This document shows positions 20,767 through 30,440 of a DNA stretch of 55,372 nucleotides, piece after piece. The translations under genes were made by a program, and so were the position numbers. This DNA comes from Candidatus Saccharimonadales bacterium (lineage in GTDB: Bacteria > Patescibacteriota > Saccharimonadia > Saccharimonadales > UBA4665): contig JBGTMN010000035.1 in NCBI GenBank assembly GCA_041743525.1, positions 1-55,372 on the forward strand, in the 5' to 3' direction. The notes beneath the pieces were generated by a model, which saw only the letters and a list, made by a program, of their open reading frames with translations, was not told the DNA's origin and searched no databases. How positions within the stretch are numbered: position 1 is the stretch's first letter; every line of letters starts with the position of its first letter.

Positions 20767-22820
20767 TCCGAGGAATAGGATTATCGGTCACAGCAGTAGT
20801 GCTCAGTCTATGCGTATCCGTTAGCACTTCTGCTATGTCCAACGTCGGTCCTGATCCTAATGACACGGGCTTAGCGCCCGGCGAAGTCATTGGCTACAAT
20901 ATATCTACGACTAATTATAGTAGTAATCCAAGTCCAGCCAGCACAGTCCCTATCTATTTCGATAACAATAGCGGAACCAAGCAGATTACTATTGTGGGCG
21001 GAGATTTATGTACTGATGCATTGCAATCTGCGCCCATTTCCGGCGGTAATTATAGAGACATCCAAAACGTTGCGAATATCGAGGGCAGTTCGGCTGCAAT
21101 GTTTTATTTGACAAATCCTTCAACCAGCGTTAATACGACTCCGGTTCAGTCAAGAGTAAGCAGTTCTGATACGTGCTACCGAGATACGATGACCTTGTCG
21201 TTTAATGCATCTAGTACCTTGCTATTTGATCCTGTCATTAATAAATACTATGCATATTTCACAGGAGAAGTCCTGGGCATAAGTTATGCCGAGAATCTGT
21301 ACAGCATAAGAGTAGAAGAAGTCACTGCTATCGTTGGTTACTCGGTAGCTAGCTCAGCAAGAAGTTTCGGAGTTGAAATGCAGTATCCATATTCAGGATA
21401 TAGAAACTACCGGTTTCCATTCGCTCCTGATTGTAGCGTGACGAATCCAAGCGGAACACCGGCGGTCGCGGAATTATTTGATCTGGACAACGGGGACCCG
21501 AGTGTTCAGAACGGTAACTTTATCAGGACATATGTTGAACAGACGGACACGAGCGGTAATGTATCCCGTATTCCTCTGCAGTTCACTTCTACGTCAAGTC
21601 CGACGAGCTCGAACGTTCCGGCAACTGGCGATAAAGATAGCGGATATGTCATCGATTCCGGTAACGGAACAAGTGCCTTTATCCAAATGACCGTATTCCC
21701 GAGTTATAAGTATCGATTGGGTATGGACGGAGTCTATTTCAGAAATTTCCTGCAGTTCAATTTGCCGTACGACAGCATATACCATGCCGTGACATGCCCC
21801 TCTCTACCACTTCCGCCACCACTCCCACCACCACCCCCTCCCGTAGACAAACCCTACCTCAGCGTCGTAGGCGGTGACGTCGTCACCGGCGCTAGTTTTT
21901 CAAATGACACTACCCCCTGTAGCGCGGCACCACATAATACGCTGGCCGGTGTCGTTGGCTGGAATAGCAATGCGAGTCCTTGGACGGGAAGTGGCGGTAC
22001 GTATGCCGTGTTGGCTTGGGGGCGAATCCAGGAGTTCGCCACGAACCAAGGAAATGCTACGAATGGAGGGTCGGCGACTTCACTGTCATTCTCGAACATC
22101 AACGACGGCGGCAGTGTGAATGCGGGTAACGGCATGTTCGGCGGCATGTTCGAATCGGCGCCGTGTATAGATTACTGGGGTTCTCGCCCGGCAACATCGA
22201 CTGGTACGGTTATTCCGGCCGGCACTTCAACAATTAGCCTGAACGGCATGAACGGCAATTACTTCGCAACGGGGCCGCTCACCATCAATACAAGTGCCAT
22301 AACTAACGGATCTACAGTAACTCTGTACGTCACTGGCAATGTAGCCATAACAGGCAACATAACTTATGCGGGTGCTGGCGCATGGAATAGTGTGAGCCAG
22401 ATACCATCACTCAAGATCGTATCCCTCGGTTCCATATTCATAGACGCTAACGTTGCCCAACTTGACGGTTTTTACGTGGCAGTCCCAACAGGGAATTACG
22501 CGACCGGTTCGACAGCTACCAGGACATATGCTAATCCCGGTACCGGAACGATCTCGACCTGTAGTAATGGCTTCAATGTCGTAGATCCATCGCAGTTGCC
22601 AGGAAGCGATATGATTAACCGGTGCAGGTTTATCCTGACGATAAACGGATCTTTCGCTGCCAACCAGGTTTGGCTATTACGAACCCACGGTTCATACACC
22701 GACGGAACTATAGGTACAGAGAAGTTCAAATACGGTCCTGAAGTATGGCTAGCTCCACCAAGCGGCGGCGCACTAGATCCCAATTACCGGTCTATTATTG
22801 GGCTTCCGCCGATACTTTAA
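20721..22820 (+). CDS. Large secreted protein with poly-proline linker and beta-helix C-terminal half (pilus-locus adhesin candidate)
   Basis: AGGAG lies 4 nt upstream of the ATG. Signal peptide ...SVSTSAMS. Linker LPLPPPLPPPPPPVDKP. Then SVVGGDVVTG... and ITGNITYAG repeats. Immediately upstream of pilM. Confidence 0.7.
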   Translation: MFRYQTAGHSIYRRLVRGIGLSVTAVVLSLCVSVSTSAMSNVGPDPNDTGLAPGEVIGYNISTTNYSSNPSPASTVPIYFDNNSGTKQITIVGGDLCTDALQSAPISGGNYRDIQNVANIEGSSAAMFYLTNPSTSVNTTPVQSRVSSSDTCYRDTMTLSFNASSTLLFDPVINKYYAYFTGEVLGISYAENLYSIRVEEVTAIVGYSVASSARSFGVEMQYPYSGYRNYRFPFAPDCSVTNPSGTPAVAELFDLDNGDPSVQNGNFIRTYVEQTDTSGNVSRIPLQFTSTSSPTSSNVPATGDKDSGYVIDSGNGTSAFIQMTVFPSYKYRLGMDGVYFRNFLQFNLPYDSIYHAVTCPSLPLPPPLPPPPPPVDKPYLSVVGGDVVTGASFSNDTTPCSAAPHNTLAGVVGWNSNASPWTGSGGTYAVLAWGRIQEFATNQGNATNGGSATSLSFSNINDGGSVNAGNGMFGGMFESAPCIDYWGSRPATSTGTVIPAGTSTISLNGMNGNYFATGPLTINTSAITNGSTVTLYVTGNVAITGNITYAGAGAWNSVSQIPSLKIVSLGSIFIDANVAQLDGFYVAVPTGNYATGSTATRTYANPGTGTISTCSNGFNVVDPSQLPGSDMINRCRFILTINGSFAANQVWLLRTHGSYTDGTIGTEKFKYGPEVWLAPPSGGALDPNYRSIIGLPPIL

Positions 22821-22888
22821 AGATCCTTTGGATAGAAGTAAAAAAGTTTGTACAAAAAAATAAATGCTTATGCTATACTTGGAGTAAT

Positions 22889-23929
22889 ATGAGTTTACTG
22901 AGTGGGGTATCACAATTTTTCGGCTTAGACATCGGCACAACCGCTGTCCGGTTAGTAGAGCTGCATGGCAGCGGGCCACAGAAGTCACTTGCTAAATATG
23001 CATTCGTACCAATAGATAGTAAGATTGCGCTCAGCGATTCTAAGCCCGACCAGGCGAAGCTCGCTGAAGCAATCAAAGATTTAGTTGACCAGTCCAGAAT
23101 ACTGACTCGCAATGTCGCGGTCGGTGTACCTTCGCTGAGGGTTTTTACGACTGTCGCAGATATAGACAAAGTACCGCACGGGGAACTGGACAGAACCATA
23201 CGTTACCAGGCAGATTCTTTGATTCCGACTCCCGTAGAAGAGTCCAAGATCGACTGGGCGTTACTCGGAGATTCCCCGAAAGAAGCCGGTAAGATCGAAG
23301 TTTTGCTGAGTAGTGTTCCAAATGCTTTTATAGAACAGCGGCTCGATATGCTGGAAAGCATCGGACTCAATGTTATAGCGTTTGAGCCGGAAAATCTGGC
23401 ACTTGCACGCTCCCTGGTAGATCCACAAGCAACGACTCCTCAGGTTGTTATAGACATAGGTCGTAAGGGTACGGACATTATTATCGTTATGAATGGCGCT
23501 CCGCGATTGATGCGGTCAATACCGACCGGCATGGAAGGGATCATCAAGTCTGCCGCACAAAATCTAAATGTAGACGAAAGCCAAGCCGAGCAATTTGTGC
23601 TTAAATTCGGACTCAGTAAGGACAAACTCGAAGGTCAAGTATACCAGGCGGTGGTAGGGACTGTAGATATACTTACCAATGAAATCGATAAATCCATAAA
23701 GTTCTTCCAAGGTAGATACACCGATACAAAATTAGATCGTATTATCGTCACCGGTGGCGCATCGGTGCTTCCCGAATATCCGTTGCACCTTGCAAACAAA
23801 TTCGGCATGAACGTCGAAATTGGTAACGCCTGGCATAATGTAGCATTTTCGGCGAGTCGCCAGAATGAACTTGCGGCATTGTCTAATCAGTTTGGCGTTG
23901 CAGTCGGACTGGCGGAGAGAGAAGAATGA
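22889..23929 (+). CDS. pilM: Type IV pilus assembly protein PilM
   Basis: GGAG lies 4 nt upstream of ATG 22889. MSLLSGVSQFFGLDIGTTAVRLVEL is a typical PilM/actin-like N-terminus. The track start at 22745 would overlap the upstream gene. Confidence 0.85.
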   Translation: MSLLSGVSQFFGLDIGTTAVRLVELHGSGPQKSLAKYAFVPIDSKIALSDSKPDQAKLAEAIKDLVDQSRILTRNVAVGVPSLRVFTTVADIDKVPHGELDRTIRYQADSLIPTPVEESKIDWALLGDSPKEAGKIEVLLSSVPNAFIEQRLDMLESIGLNVIAFEPENLALARSLVDPQATTPQVVIDIGRKGTDIIIVMNGAPRLMRSIPTGMEGIIKSAAQNLNVDESQAEQFVLKFGLSKDKLEGQVYQAVVGTVDILTNEIDKSIKFFQGRYTDTKLDRIIVTGGASVLPEYPLHLANKFGMNVEIGNAWHNVAFSASRQNELAALSNQFGVAVGLAEREE

Positions 23930-24615
23930 TTCAGTTTAATTTATTACCAGATGTAAAGATCGCTTATGTCAAGGCGCAGCGAACAAAACGGCTCGTCATG
24001 GGTTCGGCACTTATAGCGACGGCAGCAAGCCTTGCGGTCTTTGTACTGTTGTTTGCAACTGTACACATTGTTCAAAGTAAGAATTTGGGCGACCTGGACG
24101 CCGATATCAAAAAATACTCCCAAGAACTTAAGGATATCCCGGATCTAAACAAGATATTGACGATCCAAAACCAACTTAGTTCTGTGAACGCAATCCATGA
24201 CGTAAAACCGGTCGCATCACGAGTGTTCGTGATACTGCAACAGGTGACGCCCGCCGACGTTACGATCAGCGATTATAGTGTTGATTACGACAACAAAGTC
24301 GTATCTATTAAGGGAGATGCTCCAGGATTGGACAAAGTAAACCTGTATGTCGATACACTCAAATTTGCGAAATTCAAAACAGAGAATATAGAGGCTAAAA
24401 ATGCATTCAGGGAGATTGTATTAAGCCAGTTCGCTCGAGGCGAGAAAGGGGCTACATACGAAATCACATTAACTTATGACGATGCCCTGTTCGTTAACGA
24501 TCAAAAGATAGAATTGATCATACCTAAGACCGTAACGACACGCTCGGTTACCGAACAACCTTCTGATATTTTCAGAAAAACTGAATCTAACACTAACACT
24601 AACGGAACTAACTAG
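23926..24615 (+). CDS. pilN: PilN-like pilus assembly protein
   Basis: MIQFNLLPD... N-terminus, a single TM helix, and a 4-nt overlap with pilM. Confidence 0.7.
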   Translation: MIQFNLLPDVKIAYVKAQRTKRLVMGSALIATAASLAVFVLLFATVHIVQSKNLGDLDADIKKYSQELKDIPDLNKILTIQNQLSSVNAIHDVKPVASRVFVILQQVTPADVTISDYSVDYDNKVVSIKGDAPGLDKVNLYVDTLKFAKFKTENIEAKNAFREIVLSQFARGEKGATYEITLTYDDALFVNDQKIELIIPKTVTTRSVTEQPSDIFRKTESNTNTNGTN

Positions 24616-24623
24616 GTAACGAC

Positions 24624-25298
24624 ATGGCTCAAGGTAGAATTTCACTGAAACAAATCGGTCTGGATAAGACAAATTCCCGAATTCTTATCGTGACTGCAAT
24701 TGCATCGTTTCTGGTCGTTTTCTTTCTGGTCGGTTCTTATTCGTTACTACAGCAGCTGTCATACAATAACCGTGTCATTGGAGTAAAGAAGACCGCAGTT
24801 AAGCAGCTCGAGACAAATATAGAAGCTACGGAAAGTTTGATTACATCTTACGAAGCTTTCGCAAGTGCCCCAGTAAATATCATATCCGGAAGTCCGAACG
24901 GGAGTGGAAAACAAGATGGCTCGAACGCAAAGATCGTACTTGATGCATTGCCTAGCAAATATGACTTCCCAGCGCTTACAACGAGTTTGGAAAGACTTGC
25001 TCTTGAGCAGCGGGCTACGATACGTACAATTGGCGGATCGGATGACGAGATAGCTCAAGGCGCATCCAATTCTGAGGGCGACCCTCAGGCTGTCGATGTC
25101 CCATTCGAAATAACGGTAGAAGGGGATTATGCCACTGTTCAGAAAGTGGTAGAGGTTATGGAGCGATCGATACGGCCTTTCCATATAAGCACCCTTGGCA
25201 TATCGGGAAACCAGCAGGATCTAACGCTTAAGGTTGCTGGAAAGACGTATTATCAACCAGAAAAGACTTTAAATATTAAGATGGAAACGGTCAAATGA
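24624..25298 (+). CDS. pilO: PilO-like pilus assembly protein
   Basis: Single TM helix followed by a coiled-coil segment. Position after pilN. Confidence 0.5.
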   Translation: MAQGRISLKQIGLDKTNSRILIVTAIASFLVVFFLVGSYSLLQQLSYNNRVIGVKKTAVKQLETNIEATESLITSYEAFASAPVNIISGSPNGSGKQDGSNAKIVLDALPSKYDFPALTTSLERLALEQRATIRTIGGSDDEIAQGASNSEGDPQAVDVPFEITVEGDYATVQKVVEVMERSIRPFHISTLGISGNQQDLTLKVAGKTYYQPEKTLNIKMETVK

Positions 25299-25543
25299 AA
25301 CAAAAAGATATAGCCCTCATTGCCATTATCATTATATTTAGCGGTATGATATCATTTTTTGCTGGCCGGTACCTATTCGCGACACCAGATAACAGGCAGG
25401 TAAAAGCAGAGGTCGTTGATGCGATTTCGACAGAGTTTATTCAGCCGAGTACCAAATATTTCAATGAACGATCGGTAAATCCCACACAACTTATTCAAAT
25501 CGGAGACGGCTCCAATGTCACGCCATTTAGCGGTCGTAACTAA
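25295..25543 (+). CDS. Small membrane-anchored protein of the pilus operon
   Basis: 82 aa, one TM helix (IALIAIIIIFSGMISFFAG), 4-nt overlap with the preceding gene. Confidence 0.5.
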   Translation: MKQKDIALIAIIIIFSGMISFFAGRYLFATPDNRQVKAEVVDAISTEFIQPSTKYFNERSVNPTQLIQIGDGSNVTPFSGRN

Positions 25544-25560
25544 AGAGCAGGGCATCGAGT

Positions 25561-27375
25561 ATGAATGTATTATCGGCAGCAGCCCAAAAACAGGTTGAAG
25601 ACGATCTCGTTTCTTCTGGCGTATTAAAAGCCGACATATTAAAAACGCTCCGTGAAAAATCGGAAAAAGAAAAAACACCGTTACTCGGTCTGCTCGTGCA
25701 CGAGGGAAACGTCAGTAATGAGCAGCTGACGAAAGTTGTAGCCCATGCAAATAAAGTTCCATACGTAAATCTTAGTTCCGCGAAAGTAGACGAAAAAGTC
25801 CTGAAGCTTTTGCCACAGGATATAGCGGAACGCTACATGGCGGTGCCACTCGGTGAAATGCAACACCGGCTGGTTATTGCGATGCTCGACGCCGATAACG
25901 TCCAAGCCGTTGACTTCCTCAGCAATAAGATTGCCCGTCCGCTCAAAGTATATGCGGCGAGCGAAGAGGGTATACGCCAGGTTTTAAAGCAATATCAGTC
26001 TGACGGATCTTCTGATGTCGCAAGCGCAATTACGGCACTTGGCGGTGACCTTTCGAGCGCGAACATGGGGCTGAGCGACATAGCTCAGGGCCGTGAAAAA
26101 GAAGCTATCAATAAAAACGTCAAGACGCTTGTTCAGGATTCTCCGATCAGCAAGGCGCTGTCTACGATTTTGGAATTCGCAGCAAAAAACCACGCCAGTG
26201 ACGTTCATATCGAACCGATGCAGGAATTTTTAAAGATCCGTTGTCGAATAGACGGCGTATTGCGGGAAATAATGAAACTTCCCAAAAGTACCGAACCGGC
26301 TTTGATATCCCGTATCAAAATTCTGTCCAACCTGAAAATCGACGAACACCGTGTACCGCAGGATGGTGAATTTAGCATCATAGTAGCCAATAAGGATATC
26401 GACCTTCGAATCGCCATTTCCCCCGTCGTATGGGGCGAGCAGGTGGTTATTCGGCTACTGGACAAGTCAGGCACCAGCCTCCGATTGGAAGACATGGGAT
26501 ATGCGGGCAGATCGCTCCGCACTATCAAAGAAGGATTAAAACAGACAAATGGTATGATCCTGACCAGTGGTCCGACCGGTTCTGGTAAGTCGACTTCCTT
26601 GTACGCTCTACTTCAGGAAGTAAAAGACGATGGTGTAAACATCGTAACTTTGGAAGATCCGGTGGAATACAAAATGGCCGGAGTCAATCAGATTCAGGTC
26701 AATGCCGATGTCGGGCTGACGTTCGCGACCGGACTTCGCAGTATTCTCCGTCAGGACCCCGACATTATCATGGTCGGAGAAATTCGTGACAAAGAAACCG
26801 CCGAGCTGGCGGTGCAGGCGGCATTGACCGGTCACCTCGTGTTCTCGACGCTTCACACCAACTCGGCGGCTGGAATTCTTCCCCGTTTGCTGGACATGGG
26901 GATTGAGCCGTTCTTGATAGCCAGTACGGTACATACGGTCATCGGGCAAAGGCTGGTTCGCCGTAATGCCGTCGATGCCGAATCGTACGAATCCGGCGCA
27001 GTAGAGACTGAAGCTATTAGAAAGACCTTAGGTCATTTTCTGCCTGAATCCGAGGCGCTGCGCGCAAAAGCCGCCGAAGATTTTGGATACGAAACCTTGC
27101 CACTGAAGGGTGATAGTGCTTATACTTTAAGTAAGGGCATAGACAGTCCAAGCGCACCAGGTGGCTATAAAGGCAGGATGGGAATCTACGAGGTTTTCAG
27201 TGTTGATGAAAAGATACAGGATCTGATTCTGAAACGTTCCACAAGTGCCGAAATTCAAAAAGAGGCGCAGAAGCAAGGAATGGTAACGATGCGCGAAGAC
27301 GGATATTTAAAAGCTCTCGCCGGAAAAACAACCCTTACCGAAATTAACCGGGTAGCGGCCACGGACATCGCATAA
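25561..27375 (+). CDS. pilB: Type IV pilus assembly ATPase PilB (GspE family)
   Basis: GspE N-terminal domain, Walker A GPTGSGKST, LRQDPDIIMVGEIRD, GHLVFSTLHTNSA. Confidence 0.9.
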   Translation: MNVLSAAAQKQVEDDLVSSGVLKADILKTLREKSEKEKTPLLGLLVHEGNVSNEQLTKVVAHANKVPYVNLSSAKVDEKVLKLLPQDIAERYMAVPLGEMQHRLVIAMLDADNVQAVDFLSNKIARPLKVYAASEEGIRQVLKQYQSDGSSDVASAITALGGDLSSANMGLSDIAQGREKEAINKNVKTLVQDSPISKALSTILEFAAKNHASDVHIEPMQEFLKIRCRIDGVLREIMKLPKSTEPALISRIKILSNLKIDEHRVPQDGEFSIIVANKDIDLRIAISPVVWGEQVVIRLLDKSGTSLRLEDMGYAGRSLRTIKEGLKQTNGMILTSGPTGSGKSTSLYALLQEVKDDGVNIVTLEDPVEYKMAGVNQIQVNADVGLTFATGLRSILRQDPDIIMVGEIRDKETAELAVQAALTGHLVFSTLHTNSAAGILPRLLDMGIEPFLIASTVHTVIGQRLVRRNAVDAESYESGAVETEAIRKTLGHFLPESEALRAKAAEDFGYETLPLKGDSAYTLSKGIDSPSAPGGYKGRMGIYEVFSVDEKIQDLILKRSTSAEIQKEAQKQGMVTMREDGYLKALAGKTTLTEINRVAATDIA

Positions 27376-27405
27376 TGACCTTAAACAAGCAGGAGACAAA
27401 TTGAT

Positions 27406-28470
27406 ATGGCAGTACCCCGAATAGAAGTATTACTCGAAGAAGTTGTGAAGCGAAGAGCCTCAGACCTTCACTTGCAGGTAGGATTGCCACCGATGCTTCG
27501 CATAGACGGCGCTCTCGCTCCTGTTCCCAGTACCGATCCGCTGACCGATGATGCTGTCGAAACGCTTATATTCGCAATTTTAGACGAGGATCAGAAGCAA
27601 ATTCTTTTGAAAGATAAAGAATTCGACTTTAGCTTTGCATTCGGAGATATGGGGCGATTCCGCGTGAACGCCTTCCATGAACGGGGAAATCTGGCTGCGG
27701 CGCTCAGGCTTATCAATAATGATATTCTGACTATCGAGCAGCTAGGGCTGCCGCCTATCGTCAATAAATTTGCAGACTATCCACGAGGACTCGTTTTGGT
27801 TACTGGCCCAACGGGTTCCGGCAAGTCTACGACGCTGGCCGCTATGATTAATAAAATTAATAGCGAGCGGGCAGCTCATATCATCACCATCGAAGACCCA
27901 ATCGAGTATACACATCGATCTAAAAAATCGGTGATTGTCCAAAGGGAAGTGCATTACGACACCTATTCGTTCTCGGCGGCGCTTCGTTCTGCGCTTCGTG
28001 AAGACCCGGACGTCGTGCTGGTCGGAGAAATGCGCGACCTCGAAACAATTGCCTCTGCTATTACTATTGCAGAAACCGGACACTTGGTTTTTGCAACATT
28101 GCACACCAACTCGGCAGCCCAGAGTATTGACCGTATGATAGACGTATTCCCACCGCACCAGCAGCCGCAGATTCGCGCTCAGTTGTCTAATATCCTTGCG
28201 GCTATCGTTTCGCAGCGCCTGGTTCCGGCTATCGGCGGCGGACGTATCGCATCAGCCGAAATCATGATCGCTACGCCTGCTGTCCGGAACATCATCCGTG
28301 AAGGCAAGGCTCATCAGCTCGATGCCGTTATTCAGACAGGTGCGGAATTCGGTATGCAATCTATGGACAAAACGCTCGTACAGCTTATTCATTCAGGAAC
28401 CATAACCTATGATGAAGCTCGTAATTACGCGATCGATATCGATGAGTTGGATAGGTTGATGCGTAGCTAA
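27406..28470 (+). CDS. pilT: Twitching-motility retraction ATPase PilT
   Basis: GPTGSGKSTT, LREDPDVVLVGEMRD, GHLVFATLHTNSA, AVRNIIREGK, 354 aa. Confidence 0.9.
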   Translation: MAVPRIEVLLEEVVKRRASDLHLQVGLPPMLRIDGALAPVPSTDPLTDDAVETLIFAILDEDQKQILLKDKEFDFSFAFGDMGRFRVNAFHERGNLAAALRLINNDILTIEQLGLPPIVNKFADYPRGLVLVTGPTGSGKSTTLAAMINKINSERAAHIITIEDPIEYTHRSKKSVIVQREVHYDTYSFSAALRSALREDPDVVLVGEMRDLETIASAITIAETGHLVFATLHTNSAAQSIDRMIDVFPPHQQPQIRAQLSNILAAIVSQRLVPAIGGGRIASAEIMIATPAVRNIIREGKAHQLDAVIQTGAEFGMQSMDKTLVQLIHSGTITYDEARNYAIDIDELDRLMRS

Positions 28471-28521
28471 TATGTTTGAATATAAAATTTCACCAGTAAA
28501 TGGTGCGAACGGAGATAAGTC

Positions 28522-29736
28522 ATGTTGAGTTATGAATATGTCGCCCGAAATCCCGCGAACGGACAAAAGGTAAAATCTGACGTTCAGGCCGACAGTGAAC
28601 AGGCGGCGGCACGGCTGATACGCGGTGAAGGTCTGGTGCCCGTAGATATCAAACTTATTTCTCAGGGGAGCGGTAAGCTGGCATTTTTGAACCGCGTACC
28701 ATCGAAAGACCGCGTGCTGTTTTCGAGGCAGCTATCTACCCTGATCGACGCCGGTCTGCCGCTACTGCAAAGCCTTCGGAACGTCAGTGCCCAGACAACC
28801 AATAAACCGCTTCGCATCGTGCTCGTTGATGTAATCGGTAGCGTAGAAGGTGGTCAGACGTTGTCGGGAGCGATGGAAAAACACCCGAAAGTATTTAACA
28901 GGGTGTATATCAGCATGATTGCCGCAGGCGAGGTTTCGGGTACTTTGGATCTTTCATTGCAAAGACTGGCCGATCAGCAAGAAAAAGATGCCGAAATTAT
29001 CAGTAAAGTCCGTGGAGCAATGATTTATCCGCTCATTGTGTTGCTGGTTATGGGGGCAGTGATGGGGTTCATGCTCGTTAAAGTCATGCCCCAGGTACAG
29101 GTTCTATATGACGGTTTTCCGGGGGCTGAATTGCCATTCATTACAAAAGCCCTATTAGCACTTTCTGCCTTCGTTATTAAATTTTGGTGGGCGATGGCGA
29201 TATTAGTAATCGTTGCAGCTATTATGACAACCAAATATGCCCGCACCGGTCCCGGTAAAGAAGTTATCGATAAATTCAAAATGAAGGCGCCGGGTATTAA
29301 AAGTCTGTTTATGAAAATGTACATGGCGCGTTTTGCCCGAACTGGTGGAACATTGGTCGCGAGTGGCGTGCCGCTTCTCCAGATGTTGGAAATTACCAGC
29401 GATGCAGTGAGTAATGTGCACGTAGAGCGATCCATAGATAAGGCTATAGACAAAGTAAGGGGCGGAAAATCTTTAGCAGACTCGTTAGAGGGTGATGAGA
29501 ATTTTCTGGATTTAGTACCGAACATGCTACGTATCGGTGAACAATCTGGTTCTATGGAGCAAATGCTCGAAAAAACTGCGGATTATTTCGAAAAAGAAGT
29601 CGATAACGAAATCAAGAACGTTCAGACCATTATAGAACCGGTACTGATGGTAGTTCTGGGTATCGTGGCTTTTATAATCGTAGCGGCAGTGCTGCTTCCG
29701 GTTTACGGCCTGGCGGGCAGCTCGTTTACGGTGTAG
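28522..29736 (+). CDS. pilC: Type IV pilus platform protein PilC (GspF family)
   Basis: Two GspF-type repeats separated by TM helices, 404 aa, follows pilB and pilT. Confidence 0.9.
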   Translation: MLSYEYVARNPANGQKVKSDVQADSEQAAARLIRGEGLVPVDIKLISQGSGKLAFLNRVPSKDRVLFSRQLSTLIDAGLPLLQSLRNVSAQTTNKPLRIVLVDVIGSVEGGQTLSGAMEKHPKVFNRVYISMIAAGEVSGTLDLSLQRLADQQEKDAEIISKVRGAMIYPLIVLLVMGAVMGFMLVKVMPQVQVLYDGFPGAELPFITKALLALSAFVIKFWWAMAILVIVAAIMTTKYARTGPGKEVIDKFKMKAPGIKSLFMKMYMARFARTGGTLVASGVPLLQMLEITSDAVSNVHVERSIDKAIDKVRGGKSLADSLEGDENFLDLVPNMLRIGEQSGSMEQMLEKTADYFEKEVDNEIKNVQTIIEPVLMVVLGIVAFIIVAAVLLPVYGLAGSSFTV

Positions 29737-29802
29737 TCGTGTGACGTCATTCACATGATACTGACTGTAGAAAAATGGGTTGCTGAGCTGTGGATAAAAC
29801 GC

Positions 29803-29831
29803 TTGCGCTTTACGAGCAACTTGCGTATGAT
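29803..29831 (+). promoter_or_regulatory. Putative sigma70-type promoter of the major pilin gene
   Basis: TTGCGC (29803-29808), 17-nt spacer, TATGAT (29826-29831). A G-rich SD sits upstream of ATG 29872. Confidence 0.4.
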
Positions 29832-29871
29832 TATAAGCATAAGAAATTAAATATATAAGGGGGCATTTTAA

Positions 29872-30363
29872 ATGCTTAAAAACACTGATAAACGTAACCA
29901 GGGCTTCACCATCATCGAAGTACTGATCGTGCTGGCTATCGCCGGTTTGATCCTTTTGATCGTCTTCCTGGCCGTTCCAGCGCTTCAGCGTAACTCACGT
30001 AACACGCAGGTAAAGAACGCCGCGGCTTCTATCTTGGGTGCGGTGAACGAATTCCAGAACAACAACAACGGACAGATGCCCACAGCCGCTAACATTACTA
30101 TCGACTCTAACACTGGTGCTGTCACTGTGGCCGGTGCTGCCGGAACAGCTCAGGCCACCGCGACTATCCAGGGGGGCTACTCTAAGTCTACCGCTACAGG
30201 TACGACTTTGGCTGCAAACGGTACTGCTGGTCAGTTCCAGGTTATGCCTAACCATAAATGTGCAGGCAACACCGGATTTACGCCAGCCCCACGTTCAGTC
30301 GCTATCGGTTTCTATGTAGAAACCAGTGGTTCGGCTACGGCTCCACAGTGTGTTGAAAGCTAG
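29872..30363 (+). CDS. pilA: Major type IV pilin
   Basis: KRNQG|FTIIEVLIVLAIAGLILLIVFLAV prepilin motif, 163 aa. Has its own promoter-like element and an intrinsic terminator. Confidence 0.85.
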   Translation: MLKNTDKRNQGFTIIEVLIVLAIAGLILLIVFLAVPALQRNSRNTQVKNAAASILGAVNEFQNNNNGQMPTAANITIDSNTGAVTVAGAAGTAQATATIQGGYSKSTATGTTLAANGTAGQFQVMPNHKCAGNTGFTPAPRSVAIGFYVETSGSATAPQCVES

Positions 30364-30384
30364 GAATATCCAAGCTTAGATAAG

Positions 30385-30409
30385 GAGGTCGCTTCGGCGG
30401 CCTCTTTTT
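30385..30409 (+). terminator. Intrinsic terminator after the pilin gene
   Basis: GAGGTCGC-TTCG-GCGGCCTC hairpin (8 bp, one G:T pair) followed by TTTTT. Confidence 0.7.
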
Positions 30410-30440
30410 GTATGGTAGGCCGGCATGCTATAGTACGGTA

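Noticed and set aside
21797-21843. C-rich tract (and the (ACCGCC)x3 tract at about 34040-34058) as non-coding simple-sequence repeats or contingency loci.
   Set aside because: Both are in frame and encode poly-proline linkers within long ORFs. Hexamer or triplet periodicity would change linker length, not switch the gene off. No evidence of variation is available from a single sequence.
22745-22888. 48-codon N-terminal extension of pilM overlapping the end of the 699-aa gene.
   Set aside because: ATG 22889 has a GGAG SD and starts exactly at the conserved PilM N-terminus (FGLDIGT...). The extension is basic junk in the intergenic region.
29025-29525. 166-aa minus-strand ORF inside pilC. Similar antisense ORFs occur in pilB (26205..26949), pilT (27742..28158) and the minor pilin (32471..32926).
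   Set aside because: They are fully contained antisense within genes that have strong family motifs. They have no SD and no independent support.
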